From assembly GCF_043722275.1 (NCBI RefSeq), contig NZ_JAYSPC010000028.1:22693-86692 (forward strand): a stretch of 64,000 bases of DNA, in the 5' to 3' direction. The notes under the pieces were generated by a model. That model was not told where the DNA came from and did not search any database. It saw only the letters and a list, made by a program, of their open reading frames with translations. Shown one piece after another: positions 44,237-54,696 of this stretch; position 1 is the stretch's first letter; each line of letters opens with the position of its first letter. This stretch comes from Flavobacterium sp. (lineage in GTDB: Bacteria > Bacteroidota > Bacteroidia > Flavobacteriales > Flavobacteriaceae). The position numbers and the translations under genes were made by a program.

Positions 44237-46798
44237 ATGGAAGGTTTTCTTTTAGCTGCGTTATTTGGCTTTTTAATCTATATTTCTAATAAAATCAAAG
44301 GTCGTTTTGATCATCTTGAAAATGATATTCAAAAACTGAGTAAAAAACTAGATCTTTTAAAAGCAACAGAAAAACCTATTGAAATTATTCCGGTTGCTCC
44401 AATTCCTGCTGTTAAAAAAGAAGAATTTAAAATAACTCCTGATCAATCAAACGATGCTACTTTTGAACCTGCGAAAACAGAAATTGCAGCACAAGTTATT
44501 GATGAAAAAATTACAGATGAACAATTAGAAAAAATTGCATTATCATCTCATATTGAAAACATAGGAAAACCTGTTGAAATCAAACCGATTGAAAGCAATC
44601 CAGTTGAACCAAAACCTGTTCAAAAACCAATTATTCCTGCTGAACCCGAAAAATCATTCTGGGAAAATTTCAAAGAACAAAATCCTGATTTAGAAAAATT
44701 TATTGGAGAAAATTTAATCAATAAAATTGGAGTTTTAATTCTGGTTTTAGGAATTAGTTATTTTGTAAAATATGCCATCGACAAAGACTGGATCAACGAA
44801 CCTGCACGTGTAGGAATCGGCGTTTTATGTGGCGTCCTGGTTATGGGAATTGCTCATAAATTACGTAAAAATTACGCAGCTTTTAGTTCTGTAATTGTTG
44901 CCGGCGCCATTGCTATTTTCTATTTTACGATTGGGATCGCGTTTCATGATTATCATTTATTCAATCAAACCGTCGCCTTTAGTATTATGGTGATTATTAC
45001 GGCTTTTAGCGCTTTAATATCCTTATCCTACAACCGACTCGAATTAGCGGTTCTGTCCTTAATTGGCGGATTTGCAGTTCCGTTTATGGTCAGTACCGGC
45101 GAGGGAAATTATGTCGTGCTGTTTACATATATCATTATTTTAAACATCGGAATTTTGGCTTTAGCCTATTATAAAAAATGGAATCTCGTTAATATTCTCG
45201 CCTATATATTTACCGTACTTTTATATGGCGCGTGGTTGTCTAAAGAATTAAGTTCAGGCAAACCCCATTATTTAGGCGCGCTTATTTTTGGTTTTGCCTT
45301 TTATTTTATTTTCATTTTAATGAATATTATAAACAACATTCGATCAAAAGGAGAATTTTCTAAAACTCAGCTTACCATTTTAGCCAGTAATACATTCTTA
45401 TTTTATGGCGCAGGAATGGCAATTTTAAGCCATTATCATCCGGAATTAAAAGGTTTATTCACAACAATTCTTGCCGTTTTAAATTTAGTTTATGCCTGGA
45501 TTTTATACAAAAAATTCGACCTCGATCAAAAAGCCGCTTATTTATTAATTGGCTTGACATTGACTTTTATAACATTGGCAATTCCTATTCAGTTTGAAGG
45601 CAATTATATTACTTTATTCTGGGCTGCCGAAGCTGTTTTGTTAGTATGGCTTGCACAAAAATCAAAAATTTCAAGTTATCGATTTGGTTCTTTAGCCGTT
45701 CATATTTTAATGGTTTTTAGTCTGATAATGGATTGGAACAAATATTACAAAGGCACTTTACAGCTTAATATTATTATTAATCCAATATTTATTACAGGAC
45801 TTTTTGCTTCGTTTTCATTATTTGCCGTTTGGTATTTATTAAAAAACGAATCCGAAGACACAAACGAAAACCCAACTACATTTAATACCCTATTTAATAC
45901 GGATAATTACAAAGAATATCTGTTAGGAACTGGACTTTTAATAACCTATTTAACAGGTTTATTTGAAGTTATATTTCAGTCAAACAGCCATATTCCAAGT
46001 ATTTACAGCTCGATTTCATTACCAATATTATATCATTTAATATTTTCGGTAATATTTTCTACTTTCATGATCAGGAAAAAAACCGAATCAGCATATCAGG
46101 CTGCAACTTTAATAATTATTGCAAATATTGTTTTGTTTGCCTTTTGGTTTTCGAATTATCCATTTTTCGAACACGAGGAAATTATGAGTTCAGGAACCGG
46201 AAAGTCAATCGCATTTTATATACATTACATTTCATTGATTATCACGATTTATTCAGGATATCAATTGTTTTTAATCAGCAGGAAATTCAGTTTTTCGTTT
46301 TTTAAAAGTCCTTATTTTATGTGGATTGTTGCTTTTTTCATCATATATATCGCCAGTTCAGAGGTTATGCTTCACGGACTTGTGTTAATGAATTCTGCCA
46401 TCACGCCTGAGGACATACAAGCAAGCCCAATGTTTGCGAGTTATAAAACAAACTTGCCGTATTTACGTGATTTTATTGCCGATGATTTTATTGGACTTGC
46501 AAGAACAAAAATCATCAAAACAGGATTTCCGGTGCTTTGGGGAATTCTTGCTTTTGTATTTTTAATTATCGGAATAAAAAAACAATACAAATCACTTCGA
46601 ATTATCGCTTTGACTTTACTTGGATTAACTATTTTAAAATTATTTTTATACGATATCAGCAATATATCCGAAACCGGAAAAATCATATCTTTTATCCTTT
46701 TAGGAATTTTAATTTTGATTATATCTTTTGTATATCAAAAAATCAAAGTTTTAGTTATTGATGAAAACAAGCCACAGGAAGACAATGAAACTAAATAA
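44237..46798 (+). CDS. DUF2339-like polytopic membrane protein
   Basis: LEKFIGENLINKIGVLILVLGISYFVKYA; many TM helices; C-terminal KLFLYDI..KIISFILLG. Confidence 0.85.
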   Translation: MEGFLLAALFGFLIYISNKIKGRFDHLENDIQKLSKKLDLLKATEKPIEIIPVAPIPAVKKEEFKITPDQSNDATFEPAKTEIAAQVIDEKITDEQLEKIALSSHIENIGKPVEIKPIESNPVEPKPVQKPIIPAEPEKSFWENFKEQNPDLEKFIGENLINKIGVLILVLGISYFVKYAIDKDWINEPARVGIGVLCGVLVMGIAHKLRKNYAAFSSVIVAGAIAIFYFTIGIAFHDYHLFNQTVAFSIMVIITAFSALISLSYNRLELAVLSLIGGFAVPFMVSTGEGNYVVLFTYIIILNIGILALAYYKKWNLVNILAYIFTVLLYGAWLSKELSSGKPHYLGALIFGFAFYFIFILMNIINNIRSKGEFSKTQLTILASNTFLFYGAGMAILSHYHPELKGLFTTILAVLNLVYAWILYKKFDLDQKAAYLLIGLTLTFITLAIPIQFEGNYITLFWAAEAVLLVWLAQKSKISSYRFGSLAVHILMVFSLIMDWNKYYKGTLQLNIIINPIFITGLFASFSLFAVWYLLKNESEDTNENPTTFNTLFNTDNYKEYLLGTGLLITYLTGLFEVIFQSNSHIPSIYSSISLPILYHLIFSVIFSTFMIRKKTESAYQAATLIIIANIVLFAFWFSNYPFFEHEEIMSSGTGKSIAFYIHYISLIITIYSGYQLFLISRKFSFSFFKSPYFMWIVAFFIIYIASSEVMLHGLVLMNSAITPEDIQASPMFASYKTNLPYLRDFIADDFIGLARTKIIKTGFPVLWGILAFVFLIIGIKKQYKSLRIIALTLLGLTILKLFLYDISNISETGKIISFILLGILILIISFVYQKIKVLVIDENKPQEDNETK

Positions 46799-48011
46799 AT
46801 TTATACTCTTATTATTTATTGCAAACCTTTCGTTTGGGCAATATCAAACGACCGGAAAATTAAAAAAGGTTGCAGAAAATGGTTTTCATGAAATCATTTT
46901 GTCGCCGGAAATCAGGTCATATTCAAAACAGGATTTGAGCGATATCAGAATTTTTGATTCCAAAGGAAATGAGATTCCGTATTTTATCCAAAGCGATAAT
47001 ACAGTTTCAAAAAATACTTTTGAAGAATATGCAATTGTTTCAAAAACGGTTTCCCCGAAGAAAAGCACTTCGATTATTATTGCAATTCCGCCAAATAAAA
47101 GCAACAATCAGCTTTCGCTTTTTATTGCTAATTCTAATGTCGAAAAAAAGTATTCGATTTCCGGAAGTGACGATCAAAAAGAATGGTTCGGAATCTCTGA
47201 CGCACAATATTTATCTGATTTAAACAGCTCTACAGAAACAAGCGTTGTAAAGAATATTTCCTATCCGTTAAGCACATATCATTATTTAAGAATTGATTTT
47301 GATGATCGAAAAACGCTTCCGATAAACATTTTGAAAATTGGAAATTTCACCACACAATTGCCCAGAAGTTTAGTGCAGGAAACTGTTCCGAAAAAATCTG
47401 TAACGACCGAAATTCCTTCAGAAAAAGAAACTCAAATTCATGTTCTTTTTGATGCGCCACAAGTTATCAATCAAATTACTTTTGAAGTTTTAAAACCTAC
47501 CTATTATAATCGTAGGGCTATTTTATACAAAAAAGTAAAACGAGATGTAAAAAGAAAATCGCAGATATTTGATGAAGAAATCATTTCTTTTGAACTGAAT
47601 TCGAACACAAAAAACATATTTACAATTCCTGAGATATTCGAAAAGGAATTCTATATAAAAATTGAAAATCATGACAATCAGCCTTTGTCAATTTCAAAAA
47701 TAAAATACGATCAAAAGTTAATTTCTGTAATTGCAGATTTAAATATAAATGAAAGTTATATCCTGAAAACAGGCAATAAAAACCTGACGGAACCGGAATA
47801 TGATCTTTCGAATTTTAAAAATAAAATTGCCGCTATTTTACCACAAACATTCGTTTATGATATTGAGCAAAGAACGAATGCAAAAAGTGAAATTCAGAGC
47901 AAATCATTTTGGCAACAACCCTGGTTTATGTGGATTTGCATAATCCTGGGCGGAATTACAATTCTATTTTTTACGGCGAGCTTAGTAAAAGATTTAAAAA
48001 GAAAGAATTAA
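46785..48011 (+). CDS. Exported, C-terminally anchored protein (DUF3999-like partner of DUF2339)
   Basis: Signal after ATG 46785; DLSDIRIFDSKGNEIPY; IENHDNQPL; PEYDL; C-terminal TM; start overlaps the upstream stop. Confidence 0.7.
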   Translation: MKLNKFILLLFIANLSFGQYQTTGKLKKVAENGFHEIILSPEIRSYSKQDLSDIRIFDSKGNEIPYFIQSDNTVSKNTFEEYAIVSKTVSPKKSTSIIIAIPPNKSNNQLSLFIANSNVEKKYSISGSDDQKEWFGISDAQYLSDLNSSTETSVVKNISYPLSTYHYLRIDFDDRKTLPINILKIGNFTTQLPRSLVQETVPKKSVTTEIPSEKETQIHVLFDAPQVINQITFEVLKPTYYNRRAILYKKVKRDVKRKSQIFDEEIISFELNSNTKNIFTIPEIFEKEFYIKIENHDNQPLSISKIKYDQKLISVIADLNINESYILKTGNKNLTEPEYDLSNFKNKIAAILPQTFVYDIEQRTNAKSEIQSKSFWQQPWFMWICIILGGITILFFTASLVKDLKRKN

Positions 48012-48253
48012 AACAGAAATCAATTTTAACGTTTCAGTCTTTTTTAAGATTTAAACTTGCGATTGGTTCTTTTATACTAAAAACAAGAAAAAAATAGTAC
48101 AGGTTTTCGTTGCTATTTTTGATTAAGTGAGAAATAAAATCCCGCAAAACATGCGCCATACAACGGTTAATGGAAGTTTCTTAAATGTTAACAAAATAGA
48201 TTTTCAGAAACCATAAATAATTGTATTTTTACGGTTCAAAATTCAGAAAATAA

Positions 48254-49021
48254 ATGGGCAAAATCATTGCGATTGCTAATCAAAAAGGAGGCGTTGGAAA
48301 GACTACTACATCAGTAAATCTTGCGGCCTCATTGGGTGTTTTAGAAAAAAAAGTATTATTGATTGACGCTGATCCTCAGGCAAATGCTACATCTGGTCTT
48401 GGGATTGATGTAGAATCTGTTGAAATAGGGACCTACCAGATACTTGAACATAGTAATACTCCAAGAGAAACTATTATTAAATGTTCAGCTGTAAATGTTG
48501 ACGTAATTCCTGCGCACATTGACCTTGTTGCCATCGAAATCGAATTGGTTGATAAAGAAAACAGAGAATACATGCTTAAAAAAGCATTAGAAAGTGTAAA
48601 AGACGAATATGATTATATCATTATTGACTGCGCGCCTTCATTAGGTTTATTAACCTTAAATGCTTTAACAGCAGCAGATTCAGTAGTTATTCCTATTCAA
48701 TGTGAATATTTTGCACTTGAAGGATTGGGAAAATTATTGAACACTATAAAAAGTATTCAAAAAATACATAATCCGGATCTTGATATTGAAGGTTTGTTAT
48801 TAACAATGTACGATTCAAGATTACGTTTATCAAATCAGGTTGTTGAAGAGGTTCAAAAACACTTTAACGATATGGTTTTTGATACCGTTATACAGCGTAA
48901 TGTAAAATTAAGTGAAGCTCCAAGTTTTGGTGAAAGCATCATTAATTATGACGCAACAAGCAAAGGAGCAGTTAATTACATTAATCTGGCTCAAGAAATT
49001 ATAAAGAAAAACAGCAAATAG
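48254..49021 (+). CDS. parA: Chromosome partition ATPase ParA/Soj
   Basis: NQKGGVGKTT, DADPQAN, IDCAP, QCEYFALEG, LSEAPS. Confidence 0.96.
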   Translation: MGKIIAIANQKGGVGKTTTSVNLAASLGVLEKKVLLIDADPQANATSGLGIDVESVEIGTYQILEHSNTPRETIIKCSAVNVDVIPAHIDLVAIEIELVDKENREYMLKKALESVKDEYDYIIIDCAPSLGLLTLNALTAADSVVIPIQCEYFALEGLGKLLNTIKSIQKIHNPDLDIEGLLLTMYDSRLRLSNQVVEEVQKHFNDMVFDTVIQRNVKLSEAPSFGESIINYDATSKGAVNYINLAQEIIKKNSK

Positions 49022-49026
49022 TTTTT

Positions 49027-49929
49027 ATGACAAAAGCAATTAAAAAACAAGCCTTAGGAAGAGGATTATCAGCATTATTAAAAGATCCGGAAAACGACAT
49101 TACATCAGTTGAAGACAAAAACGCTGATAAGGTTGTTGGAAATATTATTGAGCTTGAAATAAGTGCTATAGAAATAAATCCTTTTCAGCCAAGAAGTAAT
49201 TTTAATGAAGAATCGTTACGCGAATTAGCCACTTCTATTAAAGAACTTGGTGTGATTCAACCTATTACTGTTCGAAAATTAGAATTTAATAAATACCAGT
49301 TAATTTCCGGAGAGCGTCGTTTGCGTGCTTCGACTTTAATCGGCCTGACACATGTTCCGGCATACATTCGTATTGCAAATGACAATGAATCACTGGTTAT
49401 GGCTCTGGTTGAAAATATTCAGCGTCATGACTTAGATCCTATTGAGATTGCACTTTCATACCAGCGTTTAATTGACGAAATTCAATTGACACAGGAACAA
49501 ATGAGCGAGCGCGTAGGAAAAAAACGTTCTACAATTGCCAATTATTTACGTCTTTTAAAACTGGATCCAATTATTCAAACGGGTATTCGCGATGGTTTTA
49601 TTAGTATGGGTCATGGTAGAGCAATTATCAACATTGAAGATTTAGACATTCAAACTGATATTTATCAAAAAATAGTGAGCCAGAATTTATCTGTTCGTGA
49701 AACAGAAACTTTGGTGAAAAACTATCACGAAAGCTTAAAACCAAAAGAAGAAGGAAAGCCAAAAGCAGAATCTTCTTTTGTAATTAGAGAAACACAAAAA
49801 AATACTTTCAACGATTATTTTGGTGCGAAAGTTGATGTGAAAGTCGCTGGTAACGGAAAAGGAAAAATTACAATTCCGTTTAATTCTGAAGCCGACTTTA
49901 ATCGAATTATAAAATTAATAAACGGATAG
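49027..49929 (+). CDS. parB: Chromosome partition protein ParB/Spo0J
   Basis: LGRGLSAL, QPR, GERRLRA, ENIQR, HTH. Confidence 0.96.
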   Translation: MTKAIKKQALGRGLSALLKDPENDITSVEDKNADKVVGNIIELEISAIEINPFQPRSNFNEESLRELATSIKELGVIQPITVRKLEFNKYQLISGERRLRASTLIGLTHVPAYIRIANDNESLVMALVENIQRHDLDPIEIALSYQRLIDEIQLTQEQMSERVGKKRSTIANYLRLLKLDPIIQTGIRDGFISMGHGRAIINIEDLDIQTDIYQKIVSQNLSVRETETLVKNYHESLKPKEEGKPKAESSFVIRETQKNTFNDYFGAKVDVKVAGNGKGKITIPFNSEADFNRIIKLING

Positions 49930-50489
49930 TGAATAAGATTGTCCCCATAAGTCTATTGTTCTTTATCATAGGAACCGTTTCTCTTTTTGCCCAGGTAAAA
50001 AAAGACACGGTTTTGGTCGTTAAAGACACTAGCAAATTAAAAGAAATAGACCCGCTTACGCCAGCAAAAGCAGCTTTTTACTCGGCAATACTACCAGGTT
50101 TGGGTCAGGCATACAATAAAAAATACTGGAAAATCCCTTTGGTTTACGGAGCAATTGGCACCAGCTTATATTTTTATATCGATAATAATAACAAATACCG
50201 CGATTATCGCAGAGCTTACAAACGAAGACTTGAAGGTTATAATGACGACGCTTACCAGTTTCTGGACGAAAGCAGACTTGTTGCCGGTCAGAAATTTTAT
50301 CAGCGAAACAGAGATTTATCTGCTTTGTTTGTCGTAGGTTTTTACGTTTTAAACATTATCGATGCCAATGTTGATGCGGCTTTAATTCAGTTTAACGTAA
50401 ACGAAAGATTATCAATGCGTCCGGAAATTTATCCAAACGATGTAACTTTTCGTCCAAACGTAGGACTAACCTTTAATTACCAATTTTAA
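49929..50489 (+). CDS. DUF5683-like protein
   Basis: AAFYSAILPGLGQAYNKKYWKIP; IIDANVDAAL; conserved position after parB. Confidence 0.8.
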   Translation: MNKIVPISLLFFIIGTVSLFAQVKKDTVLVVKDTSKLKEIDPLTPAKAAFYSAILPGLGQAYNKKYWKIPLVYGAIGTSLYFYIDNNNKYRDYRRAYKRRLEGYNDDAYQFLDESRLVAGQKFYQRNRDLSALFVVGFYVLNIIDANVDAALIQFNVNERLSMRPEIYPNDVTFRPNVGLTFNYQF

Positions 50490-50527
50490 ATAGCTCTGGT
50501 TATTTAAAAAATTTAAATATTTACAAA

Positions 50528-51229
50528 ATGAAAATTGCGCTTTTAGGATACGGAAAAATGGGTAAAGTAATTGAACGAATTGCTTTAGAAAGAGGTCATG
50601 AAATTGTTCTGAAAAAAGACGAATCCAATACCTACGACGGACTTTCTACTGCTGATGTTGCAATTGATTTTAGCGTTCCCACTGCAGCCGTAAGCAACAT
50701 TTCGAATGCTTTTAACAATAATGTGCCTGTAGTTTCAGGAACAACCGGATGGTTAGAACATTATGATGAAATGGCTGCACTTTGCAATGAAAAACAAACT
50801 GGCTTTATATCAAGTTCAAATTTTAGTTTAGGAGTTAATATTTTCTTCGAATTAAATGAATATTTGGCTAAAATAATGTCTCAGTTTGACACCTATAAAG
50901 TTACGATGGAGGAAATTCATCATACTCAAAAATTAGATGCTCCAAGCGGAACTGCAATTTCTTTAGCAAAAGGTGTTATCGAAAACAGCAATTATGCAAA
51001 CTGGACTCTTGATGAAGCTAAAAACAACGAAATTCATATCGAAGCTAAAAGAATTGGCGATGTTCCCGGAACTCATACCGTAAATTATGAATCAACTGTT
51101 GACAGCATCGAATTAAAACATACTGCTCACAATCGTGAAGGTTTTGCTCTTGGAGCTGTAATTGCTGCTGAATGGCTTGCCGGTAAAAAAGGTATTTACA
51201 GCATGAAAGATGTTTTAAACTTAAAATAA
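50528..51229 (+). CDS. dapB: 4-hydroxy-tetrahydrodipicolinate reductase
   Basis: GYGKMG, VSGTTG, EIHHTQKLDAPSGTA. Confidence 0.95.
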   Translation: MKIALLGYGKMGKVIERIALERGHEIVLKKDESNTYDGLSTADVAIDFSVPTAAVSNISNAFNNNVPVVSGTTGWLEHYDEMAALCNEKQTGFISSSNFSLGVNIFFELNEYLAKIMSQFDTYKVTMEEIHHTQKLDAPSGTAISLAKGVIENSNYANWTLDEAKNNEIHIEAKRIGDVPGTHTVNYESTVDSIELKHTAHNREGFALGAVIAAEWLAGKKGIYSMKDVLNLK

Positions 51230-51294
51230 CAAAACTAAAAGCATAAGGTTTTCAATCAATATAACCTGAAGCCTGAAACATAAAACAAAAAATT

Positions 51295-52851
51295 ATGACA
51301 CTATATCTTTGGTTCGTATTTTTCTTAGCCGTACAAATTATTCACTTTCTGGGAACCTGGAAATTGTATAAAGCAGCAGGAAGAAAAAGTTGGGAAGCTG
51401 CAATTCCGGTTTACAATTCAATAGTTTTAATGAAAATTATCAGTCGCCCAACATGGTGGACAATATTACTTTTCATCCCGATTATTAACCTGATTATGTT
51501 TCCTGTTGTTTGGGTGGAAACCTTAAGAACTTTTGGAAAAAAATCTACTTTAGATACTTTATTAGGGATCTTTACTTTTGGGTTTTACATTTACTACATC
51601 AATTATACGGAGAAATTAGTATATAATGCAGATAGAGAATTAAGACCGCAAAATAAAACTGCTGATACTGTTAGTTCATTACTTTTTGCTATTATCGTAG
51701 CAACATTGGTACATACTTATGTTGTACAACCTTACACAATCCCGACTTCATCATTAGAAAAATCATTATTAATTGGTGACTTTTTATTTGTAAGTAAAGT
51801 AAATTACGGTCCTCGCGTACCTATGACAACTATTGCGTTGCCAATGGTTCACGATACTATTCCGTTTTTAAAAAGAAAATCATATTTAAGCTGGCCGCAA
51901 TTACCATACTTTAGATTGCCGGCTATAGAAAAAATAAAACGAACAGATATCGTTGTTTTTAACTGGCCTGTTGATACGGTTCATTATTTTTATGAGCCAA
52001 AAGGAAGACCAGGAGTTATTAAACCTATCGATAAAAAATCGAATTACGTAAAAAGATGTGTTGGTATTCCTGGTGATAGCTTGTCTATCGTAGACGGATT
52101 TGTTTTCATTAACGGAAAAAAATTAGTTTTACCGGAAAGAGCCAGACCTCAATATTCTTATGCTGTAGCCTTAGACGGAAAAACATCTATTGATTTTGAA
52201 TCATTGATGAAAGAATTAGATATTACTGATGGCGCTTATATCAAAGATCAGGAGAAAAAAGACACAATTTATTTCAGAGCTTTAACAGAAGCTAGTGCAG
52301 AACGTTTTAAAAATACTCCTGGAATTACTGCTGTAAAAAGAGAAATCGCCAGAGGAAATGACAACTCGATTTTCCCTCATATCAACAAGTGGAATCAGGA
52401 TAATTTTGGTCCAATCTACATTCCTGAAGCAGGAAAAACAGTTGCATTAACAAATGAATCTTTGCCATTTTACAAAGAAATCATCACAAAATACGAAGGA
52501 AACACTTTAGAGTTAGACGGTTCTCATTTTTTAATAAACGGAAAACAAGCTACTACATACACTTTCAAACAAAACTATTACTGGATGATGGGAGACAATC
52601 GTCATAACTCTGAAGATAGTCGTTATTGGGGTTATGTTCCTGCAGATCACATCGTAGGAAAACCTGTTTTTATCTGGATGAGCTGGGACACTAACGGAAA
52701 AGGAATCAACAAAATTCGCTGGAACAGAGTTTTTACAACTGTTGATGGTGAAGGACAACCACAATCTTACTTTAAATACTTCCTGTTTATTCTTGCAGCT
52801 TATTTTGTTGGAGAATATTTCTGGAAAAAAAGAAGAGAAAATAAAGCATAA
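51295..52851 (+). CDS. lepB: Signal peptidase I with N-terminal membrane extension
   Basis: IPTSSLE (Ser), YVKRC (Lys), MGDNRHNSEDSRYWG. Confidence 0.94.
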   Translation: MTLYLWFVFFLAVQIIHFLGTWKLYKAAGRKSWEAAIPVYNSIVLMKIISRPTWWTILLFIPIINLIMFPVVWVETLRTFGKKSTLDTLLGIFTFGFYIYYINYTEKLVYNADRELRPQNKTADTVSSLLFAIIVATLVHTYVVQPYTIPTSSLEKSLLIGDFLFVSKVNYGPRVPMTTIALPMVHDTIPFLKRKSYLSWPQLPYFRLPAIEKIKRTDIVVFNWPVDTVHYFYEPKGRPGVIKPIDKKSNYVKRCVGIPGDSLSIVDGFVFINGKKLVLPERARPQYSYAVALDGKTSIDFESLMKELDITDGAYIKDQEKKDTIYFRALTEASAERFKNTPGITAVKREIARGNDNSIFPHINKWNQDNFGPIYIPEAGKTVALTNESLPFYKEIITKYEGNTLELDGSHFLINGKQATTYTFKQNYYWMMGDNRHNSEDSRYWGYVPADHIVGKPVFIWMSWDTNGKGINKIRWNRVFTTVDGEGQPQSYFKYFLFILAAYFVGEYFWKKRRENKA

Positions 52852-52869
52852 AAAAAATAAAGTTTTTTT

Positions 52870-52926
52870 TGTTTCAGGTTTCAAGTTTCAAGTTCTTTGC
52901 GAACCTGAAACTTGAAACCTGAAACA
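52870..52926. repeat. Heptad-unit palindromic repeat (TTTCAGG/TTTCAAG family)
   Basis: tgtttcaggtttcaagtttcaag..cctgaaacttgaaacctgaaaca; half-copies at 32424-32456, 51263-51279, 53606-53620. Confidence 0.75.
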
Positions 52927-52950
52927 TTTAACGCAAAAATTAAAGAAAAC

Positions 52951-53571
52951 ATGAACTCTCTATTACTTCCTACCTATTTTCCGTCGATTAGCCATTTTGC
53001 AGTTATGGCTCAATCTGAAAATATTACTTTTGAAATGGAAGATAATTTTCAGAAACAAACGAATAGGAACCGTACTTATATCTATAGTCCAAATGGTATT
53101 CAGTTATTGAATATTCCTGTCAAACATTCGAAAACATTACATCAAAAAACAAAAGATGTTTTAATCGAAAATGATTTTGACTGGCAAAAACAGCACTTTA
53201 AATCCTTAGAAGCCGGATATAGAAGTTCGCCTTTCTTTGAGTTTTTTGAAGATGATATTCGACCTGTTTTCGAAAAACAACATATTTTCCTAATGGATTT
53301 AAATATGGAAGTGCTGGATATTGTGACAAAGTGTTTAAGAATGAAATTAGACTTTGCAAAAACGACTGAGTATTTTGTTGAAACAAAAAATACATCTGAC
53401 TTTAGATTTCTTGCAAACGGAAAAAAAGATCCGAATTCATTTGAAAAATACACTCAGGTTTTTGATGACAAACACGGATTCATTAATAATTTAAGTGTTC
53501 TGGATTTACTTTTTAACGAAGGTAAATTTGCAATGGATTATTTAAAAAGCCAAAAATTGGAATTACTTTAG
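52951..53571 (+). CDS. WbqC-like family protein
   Basis: PTYFP, QKQTNRNR, LNIPV, YTQVF..NLSVLDLLFNEG; ATG 52951. Confidence 0.88.
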   Translation: MNSLLLPTYFPSISHFAVMAQSENITFEMEDNFQKQTNRNRTYIYSPNGIQLLNIPVKHSKTLHQKTKDVLIENDFDWQKQHFKSLEAGYRSSPFFEFFEDDIRPVFEKQHIFLMDLNMEVLDIVTKCLRMKLDFAKTTEYFVETKNTSDFRFLANGKKDPNSFEKYTQVFDDKHGFINNLSVLDLLFNEGKFAMDYLKSQKLELL

Positions 53572-53631
53572 CATTTATATGCCAAGATTTCACATTCTGT
53601 AATAAACTTGAAACCTGACCTCAAACTTTTT

Positions 53632-54678
53632 CTACTCCATCGAAAGTCTCGCCATTATAGGATAATGATCTGAGTTTTCGAAATCAGGAAAACTTTCAAA
53701 TTGTTTGACTTTCATTTTACTGTCGGTAAAAATATAATCAATTCTGGCAGGATAGTAACGGAACTTATAAGTGGCTCCAAAACCTTCACCGGCTTCTTCA
53801 AAAGCATCTTTTTGTTTTCCTTTTATACTTCGGTAAACATAGGAAAATGGGCTATTATTCATATCTCCACAAATAATAAACGGCGTTGTACATTTTTTAA
53901 TATTCTCTTTAAAAATTTCTGCCTGTTCCTGTTGTTGTCTGAATCCTTTACTGATTCTGGTATAAATAAGCTGTGATTTCTCCTGATTTACATTATCGAT
54001 ATTATTCGAAATATCACTCACATCAGGTGAAATTTTAATAGATTGCAAGTGCATATTATATACGCGAATTACATCTTTACCACGTTTTATATCAGCATAA
54101 ATAACGTTATTATCAGATTTTGGAAAAATAATATTGCCTTCGAAAATAATAGGGAATTTAGAAAAAATTGCCTGACCGGTTTTAATCTGGTTTCCGTCAA
54201 TAAAAATATAACGGTGAGGATATACTTTTAAATCGATATGAGCAGAACTTGAGTATTCCTGAATACATAGAATATCAGGATCTTTTTCGTCGATAAACGC
54301 TTTAATATTTGACGGAATATCATCACGATCGACCCATTTGAACACATTAAAAAGACGTACATTATAACTCATTATAGAGAAATCTTTTTCGTTTTTGACG
54401 TATTCTGTTCCTGTAAATTTATAAAACTTGCTGATAAAGGTAATTCCTGTAAGTAAAACCAAACCAGATAAAATAAGGCGTTTTTTAAACTGAATTGCCC
54501 AATAAACGAAGAACAACCCATTCAACACAAAAAAGGCTGGCATAAACAGCGTAAGCACCGATAAAAGCGGAAAGCTTCTAGGTGCTAAAAAAGGTAGAAT
54601 ATAAATACTAAATGTTACTACAGTAAGCACTATATTCAAAAAGAACATTATTTTATTAAACCACGAAAGGTTTTTCAT
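53632..54678 (-). CDS. Endonuclease/exonuclease/phosphatase family membrane protein
   Basis: N-terminal TMs; SYNV, CIQE, CGDMN, RIDYI, SDH. Confidence 0.9.
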   Translation of the reverse strand: MKNLSWFNKIMFFLNIVLTVVTFSIYILPFLAPRSFPLLSVLTLFMPAFFVLNGLFFVYWAIQFKKRLILSGLVLLTGITFISKFYKFTGTEYVKNEKDFSIMSYNVRLFNVFKWVDRDDIPSNIKAFIDEKDPDILCIQEYSSSAHIDLKVYPHRYIFIDGNQIKTGQAIFSKFPIIFEGNIIFPKSDNNVIYADIKRGKDVIRVYNMHLQSIKISPDVSDISNNIDNVNQEKSQLIYTRISKGFRQQQEQAEIFKENIKKCTTPFIICGDMNNSPFSYVYRSIKGKQKDAFEEAGEGFGATYKFRYYPARIDYIFTDSKMKVKQFESFPDFENSDHYPIMARLSME

Positions 54679-54696
54679 ATTTTCTTGCTAAAAGGA

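Noticed and set aside
48254-49929. parAB as evidence of a plasmid or prophage
   Set aside because: Embedded in core synteny with dapB/lepB; Soj/Spo0J chromosomal type; no rep or phage genes
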